Positions 52,093-62,493 of a stretch of DNA of 64,000 bases are shown piece after piece. Position 1 is the first letter of the stretch. Every line of letters begins with the position of its first letter. Under the pieces are notes generated by a model. The model did not search any database and was not told the origin of the DNA. It saw only the letters and a program-made list of their open reading frames with translations. A program made the position numbers and the translations under genes. This DNA is from Nanobdellati archaeon (lineage in GTDB: Archaea > EX4484-52 > GLR71): assembly GCA_019429005.1 (NCBI GenBank), contig JAHYJR010000003.1, positions 79,924 to 143,923 of the forward strand, given 5' to 3'.

Positions 52093-53469
52093 ATGGTTAA
52101 AAAACAATTGAAAAGCGATGTTATTATTATTGGTGCAGGTATAAGTGGACTTCTTACAGCTCTTGCACTTACAAAAGAAGGTAAAAAAGTTATAATTATA
52201 GAAAAATCAAAAATTCTTGGTGGAAATGCTAGAAGCTACGACATATCAGGATTTAGAGTAGATACAGGTGTTCATGCCATAACAAGCACAAATGAAGGTC
52301 CATTATTTGAACTTGTTGAAAAATATTTCGACAAAAAACCAAAATATTTACCTCACGGCGAATATTACATAAGAACAAAAGACAAATTGGTGCAAATGCC
52401 ATGGACAATAAATGAATGGCGAAAGATAGACATATTTCCACAAAAAGACAAACTGATAATGCTCGGACTTCTTACAAAAAATATTGTAAAAACCACCATA
52501 ACAAAAAAAGAAAGCAAAGAATCTGTATATGATGTCATAAAAATATATTCATTAACAGACAATAGTATGCGATTTATAGATATGTTATGTTACCTATTGA
52601 CAGGCGAATCAATGAGAGAAACTCCTGCTTGGAGAATTACAAAAGGTGCAGGATACATATCTGAAAACAAAATTAAAAAAATAGAAATGCTATATATGAT
52701 TAAAAATCTCTTCAGATTCAATGGTTCAACAGTCCAAGGATATCCAAAAGGTGGCATAGGTACAATAACTAACGCTTTGATAAAATCAATTCCAATAGAT
52801 AAAATACAATATCTACTTGAAGAACAAGTTACAGAAATAATTACTAAAAACAATAAAGCCATTGGTGTAGAAACTGAAATCGGAACATATAAAGCAAACA
52901 CAATCGTATATTCAGGTTTCATGAAAGACCTTCCTAACTTAACAGATAGTTTGCCTCAAGATTTCAAAAATAAACTAAAAAAAATAAAACAAACTGAAAG
53001 TCTTACAATCTGGCTTGGACTTAAAAAACCTCTTCACTGGTTCAATTATAAAGGTTCTGAAATGTGGTATGAGGATGGCGAATATTTCTGGGCTATGCCT
53101 GTATCAAATTATGATCTTGACCTTGCACCAGGCGGTATGCAACTTGTAGGTTTTACATTCATAATAAAAGGCGATAAAAAAGAATTTGAAAAAAAGGCAG
53201 AAAAAACAATATACAAAACATTTCCCGGCATAGAAAAACAGATGGCTATGAAACATATACAGATAACAATACCTGAAAAAGCAGCAATAACAAAAGATAC
53301 ATTTTTCCCAAACCCAAAATCACCAATTGATAATCTATACCTTGTCGGAACAGATACAGATTATAGAAGCATGGGTCTTACAAGAGCAGCATACTCAGTA
53401 ATTGAAGCACTCAATTATATGAGACAAGACAATGTCATAACAAACGATGACAAAATCAATGAAAAATAA
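52093..53469 (+). CDS. FAD-dependent oxidoreductase (phytoene desaturase-like)
   Basis: GAGISG, EK...GG, DTG.H, YPKGG, NLYLVG. Confidence 0.85.
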   Translation: MVKKQLKSDVIIIGAGISGLLTALALTKEGKKVIIIEKSKILGGNARSYDISGFRVDTGVHAITSTNEGPLFELVEKYFDKKPKYLPHGEYYIRTKDKLVQMPWTINEWRKIDIFPQKDKLIMLGLLTKNIVKTTITKKESKESVYDVIKIYSLTDNSMRFIDMLCYLLTGESMRETPAWRITKGAGYISENKIKKIEMLYMIKNLFRFNGSTVQGYPKGGIGTITNALIKSIPIDKIQYLLEEQVTEIITKNNKAIGVETEIGTYKANTIVYSGFMKDLPNLTDSLPQDFKNKLKKIKQTESLTIWLGLKKPLHWFNYKGSEMWYEDGEYFWAMPVSNYDLDLAPGGMQLVGFTFIIKGDKKEFEKKAEKTIYKTFPGIEKQMAMKHIQITIPEKAAITKDTFFPNPKSPIDNLYLVGTDTDYRSMGLTRAAYSVIEALNYMRQDNVITNDDKINEK

Positions 53470-53554
53470 CTTTAACAAAACATAAAATAACATTCATAAC
53501 AATATTTATAACCCAAAAGACATAATTTATATATTAAAGATATAGGTGAAATGA

Positions 53555-54193
53555 TTGAAAATAATAATTGTTGGTGGCGGAGCAATAGGTAAACATGCAG
53601 CAGATATACTTTCAAAAAAGAATAACAATATCACAATTTTAGAAAAAGATAAAAAAAGAGCTAATGAACTTGCAAATTCCCTTGATTCTCTAGTTATAAA
53701 TGATGAAGGTACAGATATGATATCTTTAAAGAATGCGGGTATTGAGACAACAGACGCTTTTATCGCATTAACTGGTGATGATAAAGTAAATCTTATGGGT
53801 TGTGAAATTGCAAAAAATATAGGTGTTCCTCATATAATAACAAGAATAAACAATCCCGGAAATGAAGAACTATTTGTAAAACTAGGTATAAACATGCTAA
53901 TTCCAGTAACACAAGATGCTGTAAACCTTATTGACAATCACTTAAGTTCTCCAGGAACAAGAGTTCTTGCAGAGATTGGAGACAATAAAGCACAAATTAT
54001 TGAGATCATGATTCCTGAATCAAGCAAATTTGTAGGTCATAAGGGTGTGAAAATTGATGACGGTACAATAAGTGCAATATATCGTAACGGACTTATAATC
54101 ATGCCAGAAAAAAACATAACAATCAATGCTGGTGATGTTGTCATAATTGTCGCAAAAACCGAACATATATCAAAAATAACAAAACAATTATAA
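53555..54193 (+). CDS. trkA: Trk potassium uptake regulatory subunit
   Basis: IIVGGGAIG, L..AGI..D.FIALTGDD.VN, TrkA-C; AGGTGA SD with TTG start. Confidence 0.9.
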   Translation: MKIIIVGGGAIGKHAADILSKKNNNITILEKDKKRANELANSLDSLVINDEGTDMISLKNAGIETTDAFIALTGDDKVNLMGCEIAKNIGVPHIITRINNPGNEELFVKLGINMLIPVTQDAVNLIDNHLSSPGTRVLAEIGDNKAQIIEIMIPESSKFVGHKGVKIDDGTISAIYRNGLIIMPEKNITINAGDVVIIVAKTEHISKITKQL

Positions 54194-54216
54194 TTAAATA
54201 TAATAGGTGAAATAAG

Positions 54217-55599
54217 ATAAAAACTGTTATAAGCACAATGGGATTGCTTCTTGAGATTTTTTCAATATTTCTAATTATACCAATAACAGTTGCATTCCTA
54301 TATAATGAACCCACAACACCTTTTTTTATAACACTTACAATATCAATATTATTAGGCGTATTACTTGAAAAATCATTCAAAAGAGAAGAACTTACACTTG
54401 GACGCGGTATAGCATTAACAGCATTATCCTTTGTTGTATTCTCACTACTTGGTTCAATACCTTTTGGATTCCTAATCGAAAATATGCATACAAACACAAA
54501 TATAATTGATCCTCTTTTTGAAAGTGTAAGTGGATTCACAACAACCGGACTTACCATATTTAAGAGCGTTGAAATTCTACCAAAAAGCATACTATTTTGG
54601 AGAAGTATGACACAATGGCTTGGTGGTATGGGTATCATTATAATATTCTTATCTTTACTTAGAGGACTTCCAACATCATCAATCGCATTATATCAGGCGC
54701 AAGGCCTTCCAGAAAAAACAGAACCATCAATCAACCAAACAACAAAAGTCATGCTTAAGATATATCTGACATATACAATACTTGGAATCATTGCACTTTA
54801 TCTTGCAGGACTCAATCTTTTTGATGCAACAAACACTACATTTACCGCAATCTCAACCGGAGGCTTTGCCGTAGTTGATACATTTTATGACAATAATCTA
54901 ATTCTTGGAATCATATCAATCCTTATGCTTCTAGGTTCAATCAATTTCATACTTCACGACAAATTATTCAAAAAAAGATTTAAAGAATTTATAGAATCAA
55001 TAGAAGTCAAATCATTTTCAATATTCCTATTGACCATAATAACTCTAACATACATATCAACAGGAATGCTTAAAATTAGCATTTTTGAGATGATAAGCAC
55101 ACTTACTGCAACAGGTTTTTCAATCACTAACATATCACTTCTTGGAGCCCCTATTATACTTATAATGATAATTTCAATGATTGTCGGTAGTTTTGCAGGT
55201 TCAACTGCAGGTGGTATAAAACAATTACGATTTTTCGTATCTATAAAATCAACAATTTGGACAATACAAAAATTCATCAGCCCAAAAAACGCAATAATTC
55301 CGTTCAAAATTGGAAAGACTGTGGTTGATGAGGATACAATAAAAGTAACTCAAATTTTTGTAATAACATATCTTGGTATACTTGTGCTTGGAACAATCAT
55401 GTTATCTTTCAGCGGATATTCTCTTGAAGATTCACTATTCCAAGCTGCATCTGCACAAGGTACTGTTGGGCTTAATACCGTACCAATTCACGATATGCCC
55501 CTCTTTGGAAAAATAACCCTTATCTGTATGATGCTTCTTGGCCGTCTTGAGATATTTCCAATATTTATACTAATCAAAAAAAGTCTTGAAAAATTTTAA
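54217..55599 (+). CDS. trkH: Trk potassium uptake membrane subunit
   Basis: FESVSGFTTTG, QWLGGMG, STGGF, GSTAGGIK, GTVGL, GRLE; start placed at ATA 54217 by SD (track ATG 54238). Confidence 0.92.
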   Translation: MKTVISTMGLLLEIFSIFLIIPITVAFLYNEPTTPFFITLTISILLGVLLEKSFKREELTLGRGIALTALSFVVFSLLGSIPFGFLIENMHTNTNIIDPLFESVSGFTTTGLTIFKSVEILPKSILFWRSMTQWLGGMGIIIIFLSLLRGLPTSSIALYQAQGLPEKTEPSINQTTKVMLKIYLTYTILGIIALYLAGLNLFDATNTTFTAISTGGFAVVDTFYDNNLILGIISILMLLGSINFILHDKLFKKRFKEFIESIEVKSFSIFLLTIITLTYISTGMLKISIFEMISTLTATGFSITNISLLGAPIILIMIISMIVGSFAGSTAGGIKQLRFFVSIKSTIWTIQKFISPKNAIIPFKIGKTVVDEDTIKVTQIFVITYLGILVLGTIMLSFSGYSLEDSLFQAASAQGTVGLNTVPIHDMPLFGKITLICMMLLGRLEIFPIFILIKKSLEKF

Positions 55600-55839
55600 A
55601 AAGACCTTAGATTTTTTAATCCAATCAAGAAAAAACATAATAAAACAAGAACCCATTAGAATATATACTAATTAAAATTATCAAAATTATAATAATACGC
55701 TAAATCAAAATAATAATAATAATAATAGAACTCAAAATAATCTTTATAAATCAAAAATAATAACATAAATCAAAATAAACAAAATCAAATTATAATAATT
55801 ATTATAATAATAATAATAACAAAAAATAGGTGTTTTAAA

Positions 55840-57339
55840 TTGTTAGAACTAAAAGTTAAATTTATTGATATAGACCCTAATTATCCTCTAGTCATATTAA
55901 ATAAAGAAGATATGGCAGATATCGCTGCAAATACAACAGATCGTGTTGAAGTTACATACGGAAACAAAAGTAAAATTGTAGTTGTAGATAGCACAGAAAA
56001 ACTTGTTAAAAAAGGTTACATAGGCTTAAACAGAAAAGCTATGAAATACGGTATTACAAGCGGAACAAAAGTATTTATAGATCCAGCTGAAACACCTGAA
56101 AGTGTAGAATACATAAAGAAAAAGCTCAAAGGAATTGAACTTTCAAGAAAAGAATGTAACACAATAATAGATGATATAAATGCAAACAAATTAAGTGATA
56201 TTGAACTTGGAGCATTTGTATCTGCAATATATGTTCATGATTACACACCTAAAGAACTTGTCGCAATCACAGAACGAATGGTATCAACAGGAATCCAATT
56301 CAAATGGAAAAATAATACTGTTGTTGCAGACAAACACTGTATAGGTGGCGTTCCCGGAAACAGAACAACGCCAATTGTAATTGCAATTGCTGCTACATGC
56401 GGTATCACAATACCAAAAACAAGTTCTCGTGCAATAACCTCTCCTGCAGGCACAGCAGATACACTTGAAGTATTTTGTAATGTTAACTTAACAATGAAAC
56501 AGATTGAAAAAATTGTTGAAAAAACAGGTGCTTGTTTTGCTTGGGGTGGTTCAGTTGACCTTGCACCATCAGATGATAAAATAATCAAAGCAGAATATCC
56601 GCTATCTCTTGACCCTGAAGGGCAATTAATAGCATCAGTTCTTGCAAAGAAAAAAGCAATCGGTTCAAATGCAGTTGTAATAGATATCCCTTATGGCTTT
56701 GAATCTAAAGTAGACAGCCTTGAAAATGCAGAAAAACTTGCAGGAAAATTCAAGATGGTAGGTAAAAAACTTGATATGAACGTAGACTGTGCTATAACAC
56801 ACGGTAACCAACCAATTGGAAACGGTATAGGCCCAGTCCTTGAATGCATTGATATAATTGAAGTATTGAATGGTCGAGGTCCAGATGACTTGAGAGAAAA
56901 ATGTCTTGAACTTGCTGGAATTCTTTTGAGACTTGTTGGAAAAGGCGATATAAAAACAGCAGAAAATATCCTTGATTCAAAAAAAGCATTAAAAAAATTC
57001 AATGACATAATCGTAATGCAAGGTGGTAAAAAAGATATTGATTTATACAAACTTCTTGGAAAATATAAAAAGACCATATTTGCAAAAAGCAATGGAAAAG
57101 TCACAAAAATCTTTAACAAACAAATTACACGCATAGCAAGAATTGCGGGTGCACCAAAAGACAAAGGTGCTGGAATTTACCTATACACTAAACTTGATAC
57201 AAATATCAAAAAAGGCGATAGATTATTTGATATATATGCCGAAACGGAATTCAAGCTCAAACATGCATTATATCTTTTAAAAGCTAAAAACCCTGTTCTT
57301 ATTGAAGCAAAAAAAGGTATTCTCGTCGAAGAAATTTGA
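55840..57339 (+). CDS. deoA: AMP phosphorylase (thymidine phosphorylase family)
   Basis: N-terminal extension, DKHCIGGVPGNRT, PKTSSRAITSPAGTAD, AGAP.DKGAG. Confidence 0.93.
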   Translation: MLELKVKFIDIDPNYPLVILNKEDMADIAANTTDRVEVTYGNKSKIVVVDSTEKLVKKGYIGLNRKAMKYGITSGTKVFIDPAETPESVEYIKKKLKGIELSRKECNTIIDDINANKLSDIELGAFVSAIYVHDYTPKELVAITERMVSTGIQFKWKNNTVVADKHCIGGVPGNRTTPIVIAIAATCGITIPKTSSRAITSPAGTADTLEVFCNVNLTMKQIEKIVEKTGACFAWGGSVDLAPSDDKIIKAEYPLSLDPEGQLIASVLAKKKAIGSNAVVIDIPYGFESKVDSLENAEKLAGKFKMVGKKLDMNVDCAITHGNQPIGNGIGPVLECIDIIEVLNGRGPDDLREKCLELAGILLRLVGKGDIKTAENILDSKKALKKFNDIIVMQGGKKDIDLYKLLGKYKKTIFAKSNGKVTKIFNKQITRIARIAGAPKDKGAGIYLYTKLDTNIKKGDRLFDIYAETEFKLKHALYLLKAKNPVLIEAKKGILVEEI

Positions 57340-57381
57340 AAAGATATATAAAGTTTTTCCCTAGTAGTAATAACAGTTAAA

Positions 57382-58626
57382 ATGTTAGATTTACAATTTA
57401 AAGGTTATGATGCTACACAGCATCAATTATGTTTTACATATCTTTCAGATTTCAAAAAAAACAAAAAAGATTATACAACAAAAATAGACAAATACAGATT
57501 AATCTTAAAAGAAGATATAACACATATTTTTGAAAATATTGAACAAGATATTTCTAAAAAAACTATTAATGAATATAACGATATAATTACAAAAATAATA
57601 GATCAAGATAAACTAAGTACTAAAGAATTAATAAACGTTGTAACTAATTTTGAAGATATTATGAATTCAACACTAACATATCTTAAATCTAATAATTTAG
57701 AATTTCCTATATATGAAACATATATTGAAACCTATAAACAACTAAATCAAAAAGATATTGAACTCAAAAAAATCAGTAAAACAATGGAAAGACAAAACTC
57801 AAAAAAGATATCACGCGACCCCAAAAAAAGCACAAAAACAGAAAATCTACAAACAAATTTAAAAATAATGATTGAATTTAATTTTGAAGATAATAAACGA
57901 AAAAAAATAATATCTAAATTAAATAAAATTGAAAAAAGTAATGAATTCTTAAAAGAATGTGAAACATTAAAAAATTATATTATTTCTGAAAAAGAAAAAA
58001 CTGAACAAAAATTAGAAAACACGCACAAGAACATACAATATATCAAAAACATAATACAGATTAATAATTGTATAGTTGAAGAGTTACGAAACTCAGATGC
58101 GACTGCAATTGAAAATGAGATACATGCCACAATTATTGAACCTAATATGACAGAGATACAAAAAATTATAGCTTCTAAAAAAAATCTAATATCTGAAAAA
58201 ACAAAACGTCTTGATAACCTTATAACACATATTGAACTTGATAAAAAACATTTAGATGCACTACATAATTATCAGGATCCAAATACTAACCTAGATTACA
58301 ACACATTATTATCAATCAAAAACTACAACGTCTACAAAATTGGTGACAAATCAACTGCAAAGGCAAAAAATATTCTTTCTGAACTATCAAATGAAAATAT
58401 TGAATACTTATCTTCATATTTAAAATTGAGAAAAACAATTGAACAGGATAATAACTGTGTAACAACAACAGAAAAAAGACTTGAAAATGATAGTATAGAA
58501 CATGTGCCTTGTGAAACTACAAGAAATATTATAGAACAAATAAACGATGCTAAACAGATGATACAGAAACTTGAAAAAACAGAACTACCTATAGACTGGG
58601 TTATTAATCATAATAATAAATATTAA
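57382..58626 (+). CDS. Coiled-coil hypothetical protein, paralog of 58639..60015
   Basis: Shared blocks YL..N.L..P.Y, KL.KI..S.EF..ECE....YI, LS......IE.L...L.L.K.IE. Confidence 0.8.
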   Translation: MLDLQFKGYDATQHQLCFTYLSDFKKNKKDYTTKIDKYRLILKEDITHIFENIEQDISKKTINEYNDIITKIIDQDKLSTKELINVVTNFEDIMNSTLTYLKSNNLEFPIYETYIETYKQLNQKDIELKKISKTMERQNSKKISRDPKKSTKTENLQTNLKIMIEFNFEDNKRKKIISKLNKIEKSNEFLKECETLKNYIISEKEKTEQKLENTHKNIQYIKNIIQINNCIVEELRNSDATAIENEIHATIIEPNMTEIQKIIASKKNLISEKTKRLDNLITHIELDKKHLDALHNYQDPNTNLDYNTLLSIKNYNVYKIGDKSTAKAKNILSELSNENIEYLSSYLKLRKTIEQDNNCVTTTEKRLENDSIEHVPCETTRNIIEQINDAKQMIQKLEKTELPIDWVINHNNKY

Positions 58627-58638
58627 GAGACGATAAAA

Positions 58639-60015
58639 ATGGAAAATACTGAAATTGGATATGATGAAGAATTACATAAAAAAAGCACTTTTTGGCTTAA
58701 GACTTTAACAAACTTAAGAGATGAATATGCTGAAAATGTAGTTGGATATACTGAAGTTATTGATAGCACTGAAACAGAACCAGAATACACATTTGAAGCA
58801 ATTAGTAAATATATCACACATGAGACAAATCAAAACGAAATTGATAAGTTATATCATCAATATCATAAAATAATGGACTACCCCGAAGAGTCAAAAGAGG
58901 ATTTTATACATTTTGCAGACCGTACACTCCACATAAAAACATCAGCAGCAGAATATCTTGAACAAAATGGATTACAAATACCATTATACAGAAAACATAT
59001 AAAATGGGGTAAAAAACTTAACGAATTACAAGATACTTATATTGGATATATGAGAGAACTTGATAATAACATACAAAAAATATGTACTAAAGGATTAAAA
59101 CCAAAAGATATCGACAAAATGAAAATAACTGAAAAAACATTTAAAAATAATTTTAAAGATCTAGATATTAAAAAAGAAGAGTATCGTTATAAATTAAAAA
59201 AAATTAATAACAGCGATGAATTCAAAACAGAATGCGAAAATGTTAGAAAATATATAAAGGATAAAAAGATTAAAGCTGAAAAATGCATAGAAATTATAAA
59301 TAATAAAATTGAGATATTTAAAGATTATGTTGAACACAGCGATTCCATAGTTTCAACAATCAATTCATCTCAACATTATGCTATCGAAGAACTTGAGCTT
59401 AAACCAATTATTGAGCGAAGCAGAGATATACTAAAAACGGTTTTAGATGATAAAAATACAGAATATTTAGGTTTAACAAAACGAAATAAAATACTTAGAG
59501 AATCTATTGACCTTAAACTTTCTGATATCTCAACCCTAAATGACCTTGATAATATAAAACTCAAGATGGATTATATTACAATTAAAGAGATTAAAAACGG
59601 AGAACATGATGATCTCATTAAATATATGAACAAAAGCCCTGCAAAAATCCAAAAGATATTATCAAAAACAAGCGATTCAGATATTGAGCATTTAGTAGCA
59701 CACCTTGCTCTTAAGAAAAAAATCGAAATGACAAATGATTATATAATAGATTTAGAGCAAGCTCTTGAAGGAAACTATAATGTAAATACAGACGAATTAA
59801 AACCTATTATAAATGAAATCCAAACAGCAACAAGCCATATAGAAAACCTTCCAGACTTTGATTTGAACACAACATCAGTAATGTCAATAGAAGCAAAAAT
59901 GCCTATCCTATCAGACCTTAAAGCACTAGATATTGAGTTTATAAAAAAGTTAGATCTAAACAATCTGGATTTTGAAAATCTAGATTTAAACAATCTAGGT
60001 TCAAAAAAGATTTGA
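58639..60015 (+). CDS. Coiled-coil hypothetical protein, paralog of 57382..58626
   Basis: Same shared blocks; C-terminal LDLNN-type repeats. Confidence 0.8.
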   Translation: MENTEIGYDEELHKKSTFWLKTLTNLRDEYAENVVGYTEVIDSTETEPEYTFEAISKYITHETNQNEIDKLYHQYHKIMDYPEESKEDFIHFADRTLHIKTSAAEYLEQNGLQIPLYRKHIKWGKKLNELQDTYIGYMRELDNNIQKICTKGLKPKDIDKMKITEKTFKNNFKDLDIKKEEYRYKLKKINNSDEFKTECENVRKYIKDKKIKAEKCIEIINNKIEIFKDYVEHSDSIVSTINSSQHYAIEELELKPIIERSRDILKTVLDDKNTEYLGLTKRNKILRESIDLKLSDISTLNDLDNIKLKMDYITIKEIKNGEHDDLIKYMNKSPAKIQKILSKTSDSDIEHLVAHLALKKKIEMTNDYIIDLEQALEGNYNVNTDELKPIINEIQTATSHIENLPDFDLNTTSVMSIEAKMPILSDLKALDIEFIKKLDLNNLDFENLDLNNLGSKKI

Positions 60016-60028
60016 TTTGAAAAAAGTT

Positions 60029-60052
60029 TCTGTCTTAAATTTTTAAGACAGA
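60029..60052. terminator. 11-bp-arm inverted repeat between convergent genes
   Basis: tctgtcttaaa-tt-tttaagacaga. Confidence 0.55.
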
Positions 60053-60076
60053 TTCAACTTAAATCATTAAAAAAAA

Positions 60077-60475
60077 TTAAAGAACAATATCAAGTTCTAA
60101 AAAAGAATACCCCTCTTCTGAACCTTCATAACCAAAATCCTTTCTAATTTCCTGATATTTCTCTTCCATTTCAGATTTTTCACCGTAATAAATTAAAGAA
60201 ATATCAAAAACGCCATCAATACTAGACGCTTTGTCAGTATATAATGGATTTGCTTCAAAAGACTCTAATAATTGTTTTGAAAACAAAGATATATCAAAAA
60301 AAGCATCATAAGATTCGGTTTTAAGATTATCCGATTCCGTTATCATATTATCAAAAACGTTCATTGCGTCTAATCTTAAATGATTATTATAACCTTTAGT
60401 TTCAAACATTTTATAATAAATGCAAGGATTAAGCTCAATTCTTATTAACCCTCTATAAAATTTTTTATCTTCCAT
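60077..60475 (-). CDS. Hypothetical acidic protein
   Basis: 132-aa ORF, AGGT SD, downstream of mevalonate genes. Confidence 0.65.
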   Translation of the reverse strand: MEDKKFYRGLIRIELNPCIYYKMFETKGYNNHLRLDAMNVFDNMITESDNLKTESYDAFFDISLFSKQLLESFEANPLYTDKASSIDGVFDISLIYYGEKSEMEEKYQEIRKDFGYEGSEEGYSFLELDIVL

Positions 60476-60505
60476 AAGTACCTTTTAATAATAAACTTTA
60501 TATGA

Positions 60506-61456
60506 TTAATCTAAGCAGACACCCCTAACATTAGTCTCAACCGGAATAATTATACCGCCTTTATCAGTTATAGATTTCATAACTTTATCTTTATCTTCAG
60601 CTAATGCAATCATGCAATCACCGCCACCCGCACCCGATAATTTGGCACCAAATGCACCAGATGTAAGTGAATTTTCTATAAGATTATTTAATTCAGGAGT
60701 ACTTACACCCAAAGAAGAAAGTATCTCTTGATTCAAATTCATCAATTTTCCAAGATAAGCATTATCGCTTTGTGCAATACAACCTTTTGCCTTATTTACA
60801 ATATCTGTAATATTATCAAACATAACTTCAATCTTTTTTGGATTATCTGAAATCTGTTGTTTTACCATATTAATAAGAGGTACAGTATCCGCTTTAATCC
60901 CTGTATAACCCACAACAATCGGCACATTATAATCAAGATTTTCAATAACTTTTCCGCCTGTAACAAAATATAAAGTACCGCCATAAATTGCAGCAGCCAC
61001 ATCAAAACCACTACCAACACCCTGTATATCAAGAACAGTCTTATATGAAAGATTAAACAACATCTTTTTATCCATTGCAATATCAAACAATTTAGATAAT
61101 GCATATAATGTAGAGACCGTTACAGCTGAAGAACTTCCAAAACCAAACTTGCTTGAAAACTCGCTTTTTGTTGAAATCTCCAAACCTTGAGAAATCCCAT
61201 ATTCCCTGAAAAAATTCCGAACTGCTGTAAGCACAAATCTCACAGCTTTAGGATGCTCGCAATTTAAATCTTCTATACCCGTAACATATCTCTTAACACT
61301 CATTTCAGGAGCTCGTACAATTATAGCATTATCAGGACGAACATCAATCTTAACAGACATCCTATGATTTACCGCAGTCACAATACACGGCCTATCATAC
61401 ACAACTGAATGCTCACCAAAAAGCATCAATTTACCAGGTGCTGAAACTTTAACCAT
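60506..61456 (-). CDS. mvaK2: GHMP kinase, probable phosphomevalonate kinase
   Basis: SAPGKL..GEH, KFGFGSSSA, QG.GSGFDVAAA.YGG, KLSGAGGGDC (PMK-type signatures). Confidence 0.7.
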   Translation of the reverse strand: MVKVSAPGKLMLFGEHSVVYDRPCIVTAVNHRMSVKIDVRPDNAIIVRAPEMSVKRYVTGIEDLNCEHPKAVRFVLTAVRNFFREYGISQGLEISTKSEFSSKFGFGSSSAVTVSTLYALSKLFDIAMDKKMLFNLSYKTVLDIQGVGSGFDVAAAIYGGTLYFVTGGKVIENLDYNVPIVVGYTGIKADTVPLINMVKQQISDNPKKIEVMFDNITDIVNKAKGCIAQSDNAYLGKLMNLNQEILSSLGVSTPELNNLIENSLTSGAFGAKLSGAGGGDCMIALAEDKDKVMKSITDKGGIIIPVETNVRGVCLD

Positions 61457-61457
61457 G

Positions 61458-62462
61458 TCAATCAACCCTCGTACCATTTACACCAAGCTTTGCAACAAAT
61501 GCCTTGAATCCCTTGGCTTTAAAAACGTCAGTTATCTCTTCAGAATGTTTCTTATCTTTAGAAAGAACAATACACGTTCCACCACCCCATCCCCCCGTAG
61601 GTTTCGCACCAAAAGCACCTGCATTTATTGCAATCTTAACAATTTCGTCCAATGTCGGTGTTGAAATCTCAAGAGTTCTTAAAATATTATAAAATTCAGT
61701 CATCTTTTGACCAACTCCTTCAAGATCATTTTCCATAAGTGCCTGAAGACCCTCTTTTGAAATCTTATCAAGTTTATCCATTACGCCGTTTACAAAAACA
61801 GAATCTTCTTCCAATCGTTTTTTGACAAATAAAACTGTGTCAGCGGTTCGTGCAACATCACCGCTATCTACAATGACAATATAAGGCTCAACATTAAGAT
61901 TGAGCGTTTTAATGCCAATCGATTTCCTATATGATATCCAACCACCATTTGCGATAGTGTATGCATCTATACCAGATGGCGTACCATGAACAACCTTATC
62001 ACCCTCATTTGCGAAAAAAGCGGTATCATCTGTAACGTTTAAACATTCAAGAACACCTTTTGAAATTGCATTAAAAACCGATGCACTTGAACCAAGATTT
62101 TTAGGTACATGTGAACTGATAATAATATTCAATCCTTTGAAACCATATTTTTGCATGATTTTTCCAACAACAACAAAAGATGGAAGAAGCAGATCTTCTT
62201 GTGCCATAGACTTTATTTCATCAATATTTTCTTGAGCTCTCAAATCATCAATCATGTTTACAATCTTTGACAAGTCATCTAAAGACATTTTTTTTGTTAA
62301 ACCTAAATCTTTTGATATTATCTCAACAAAATCATCATCAACAGATTTTATTTTTACCTTAGAATAAATTCCGCATGCTGACGCAATACCTAACTTATCA
62401 TAGACGACAGCATGCTCACCAAAAAGGATTATTTTTGCAGGACTTAATATTGTACATTCCAT
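61458..62462 (-). CDS. mvk: Mevalonate kinase
   Basis: PAKIILFGEHAVVY, LGSSA, HGTPSGID, AKPTGG.GGG. Confidence 0.85.
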   Translation of the reverse strand: MECTILSPAKIILFGEHAVVYDKLGIASACGIYSKVKIKSVDDDFVEIISKDLGLTKKMSLDDLSKIVNMIDDLRAQENIDEIKSMAQEDLLLPSFVVVGKIMQKYGFKGLNIIISSHVPKNLGSSASVFNAISKGVLECLNVTDDTAFFANEGDKVVHGTPSGIDAYTIANGGWISYRKSIGIKTLNLNVEPYIVIVDSGDVARTADTVLFVKKRLEEDSVFVNGVMDKLDKISKEGLQALMENDLEGVGQKMTEFYNILRTLEISTPTLDEIVKIAINAGAFGAKPTGGWGGGTCIVLSKDKKHSEEITDVFKAKGFKAFVAKLGVNGTRVD

Positions 62463-62493
62463 ACAGATACACTCCACATTTAAAACTTGATAA

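Noticed and set aside
55670-55820. Degenerate tcaaaataat/(aat)n repeats upstream of AMP phosphorylase
   Set aside because: Irregular low-complexity tract with no defined unit
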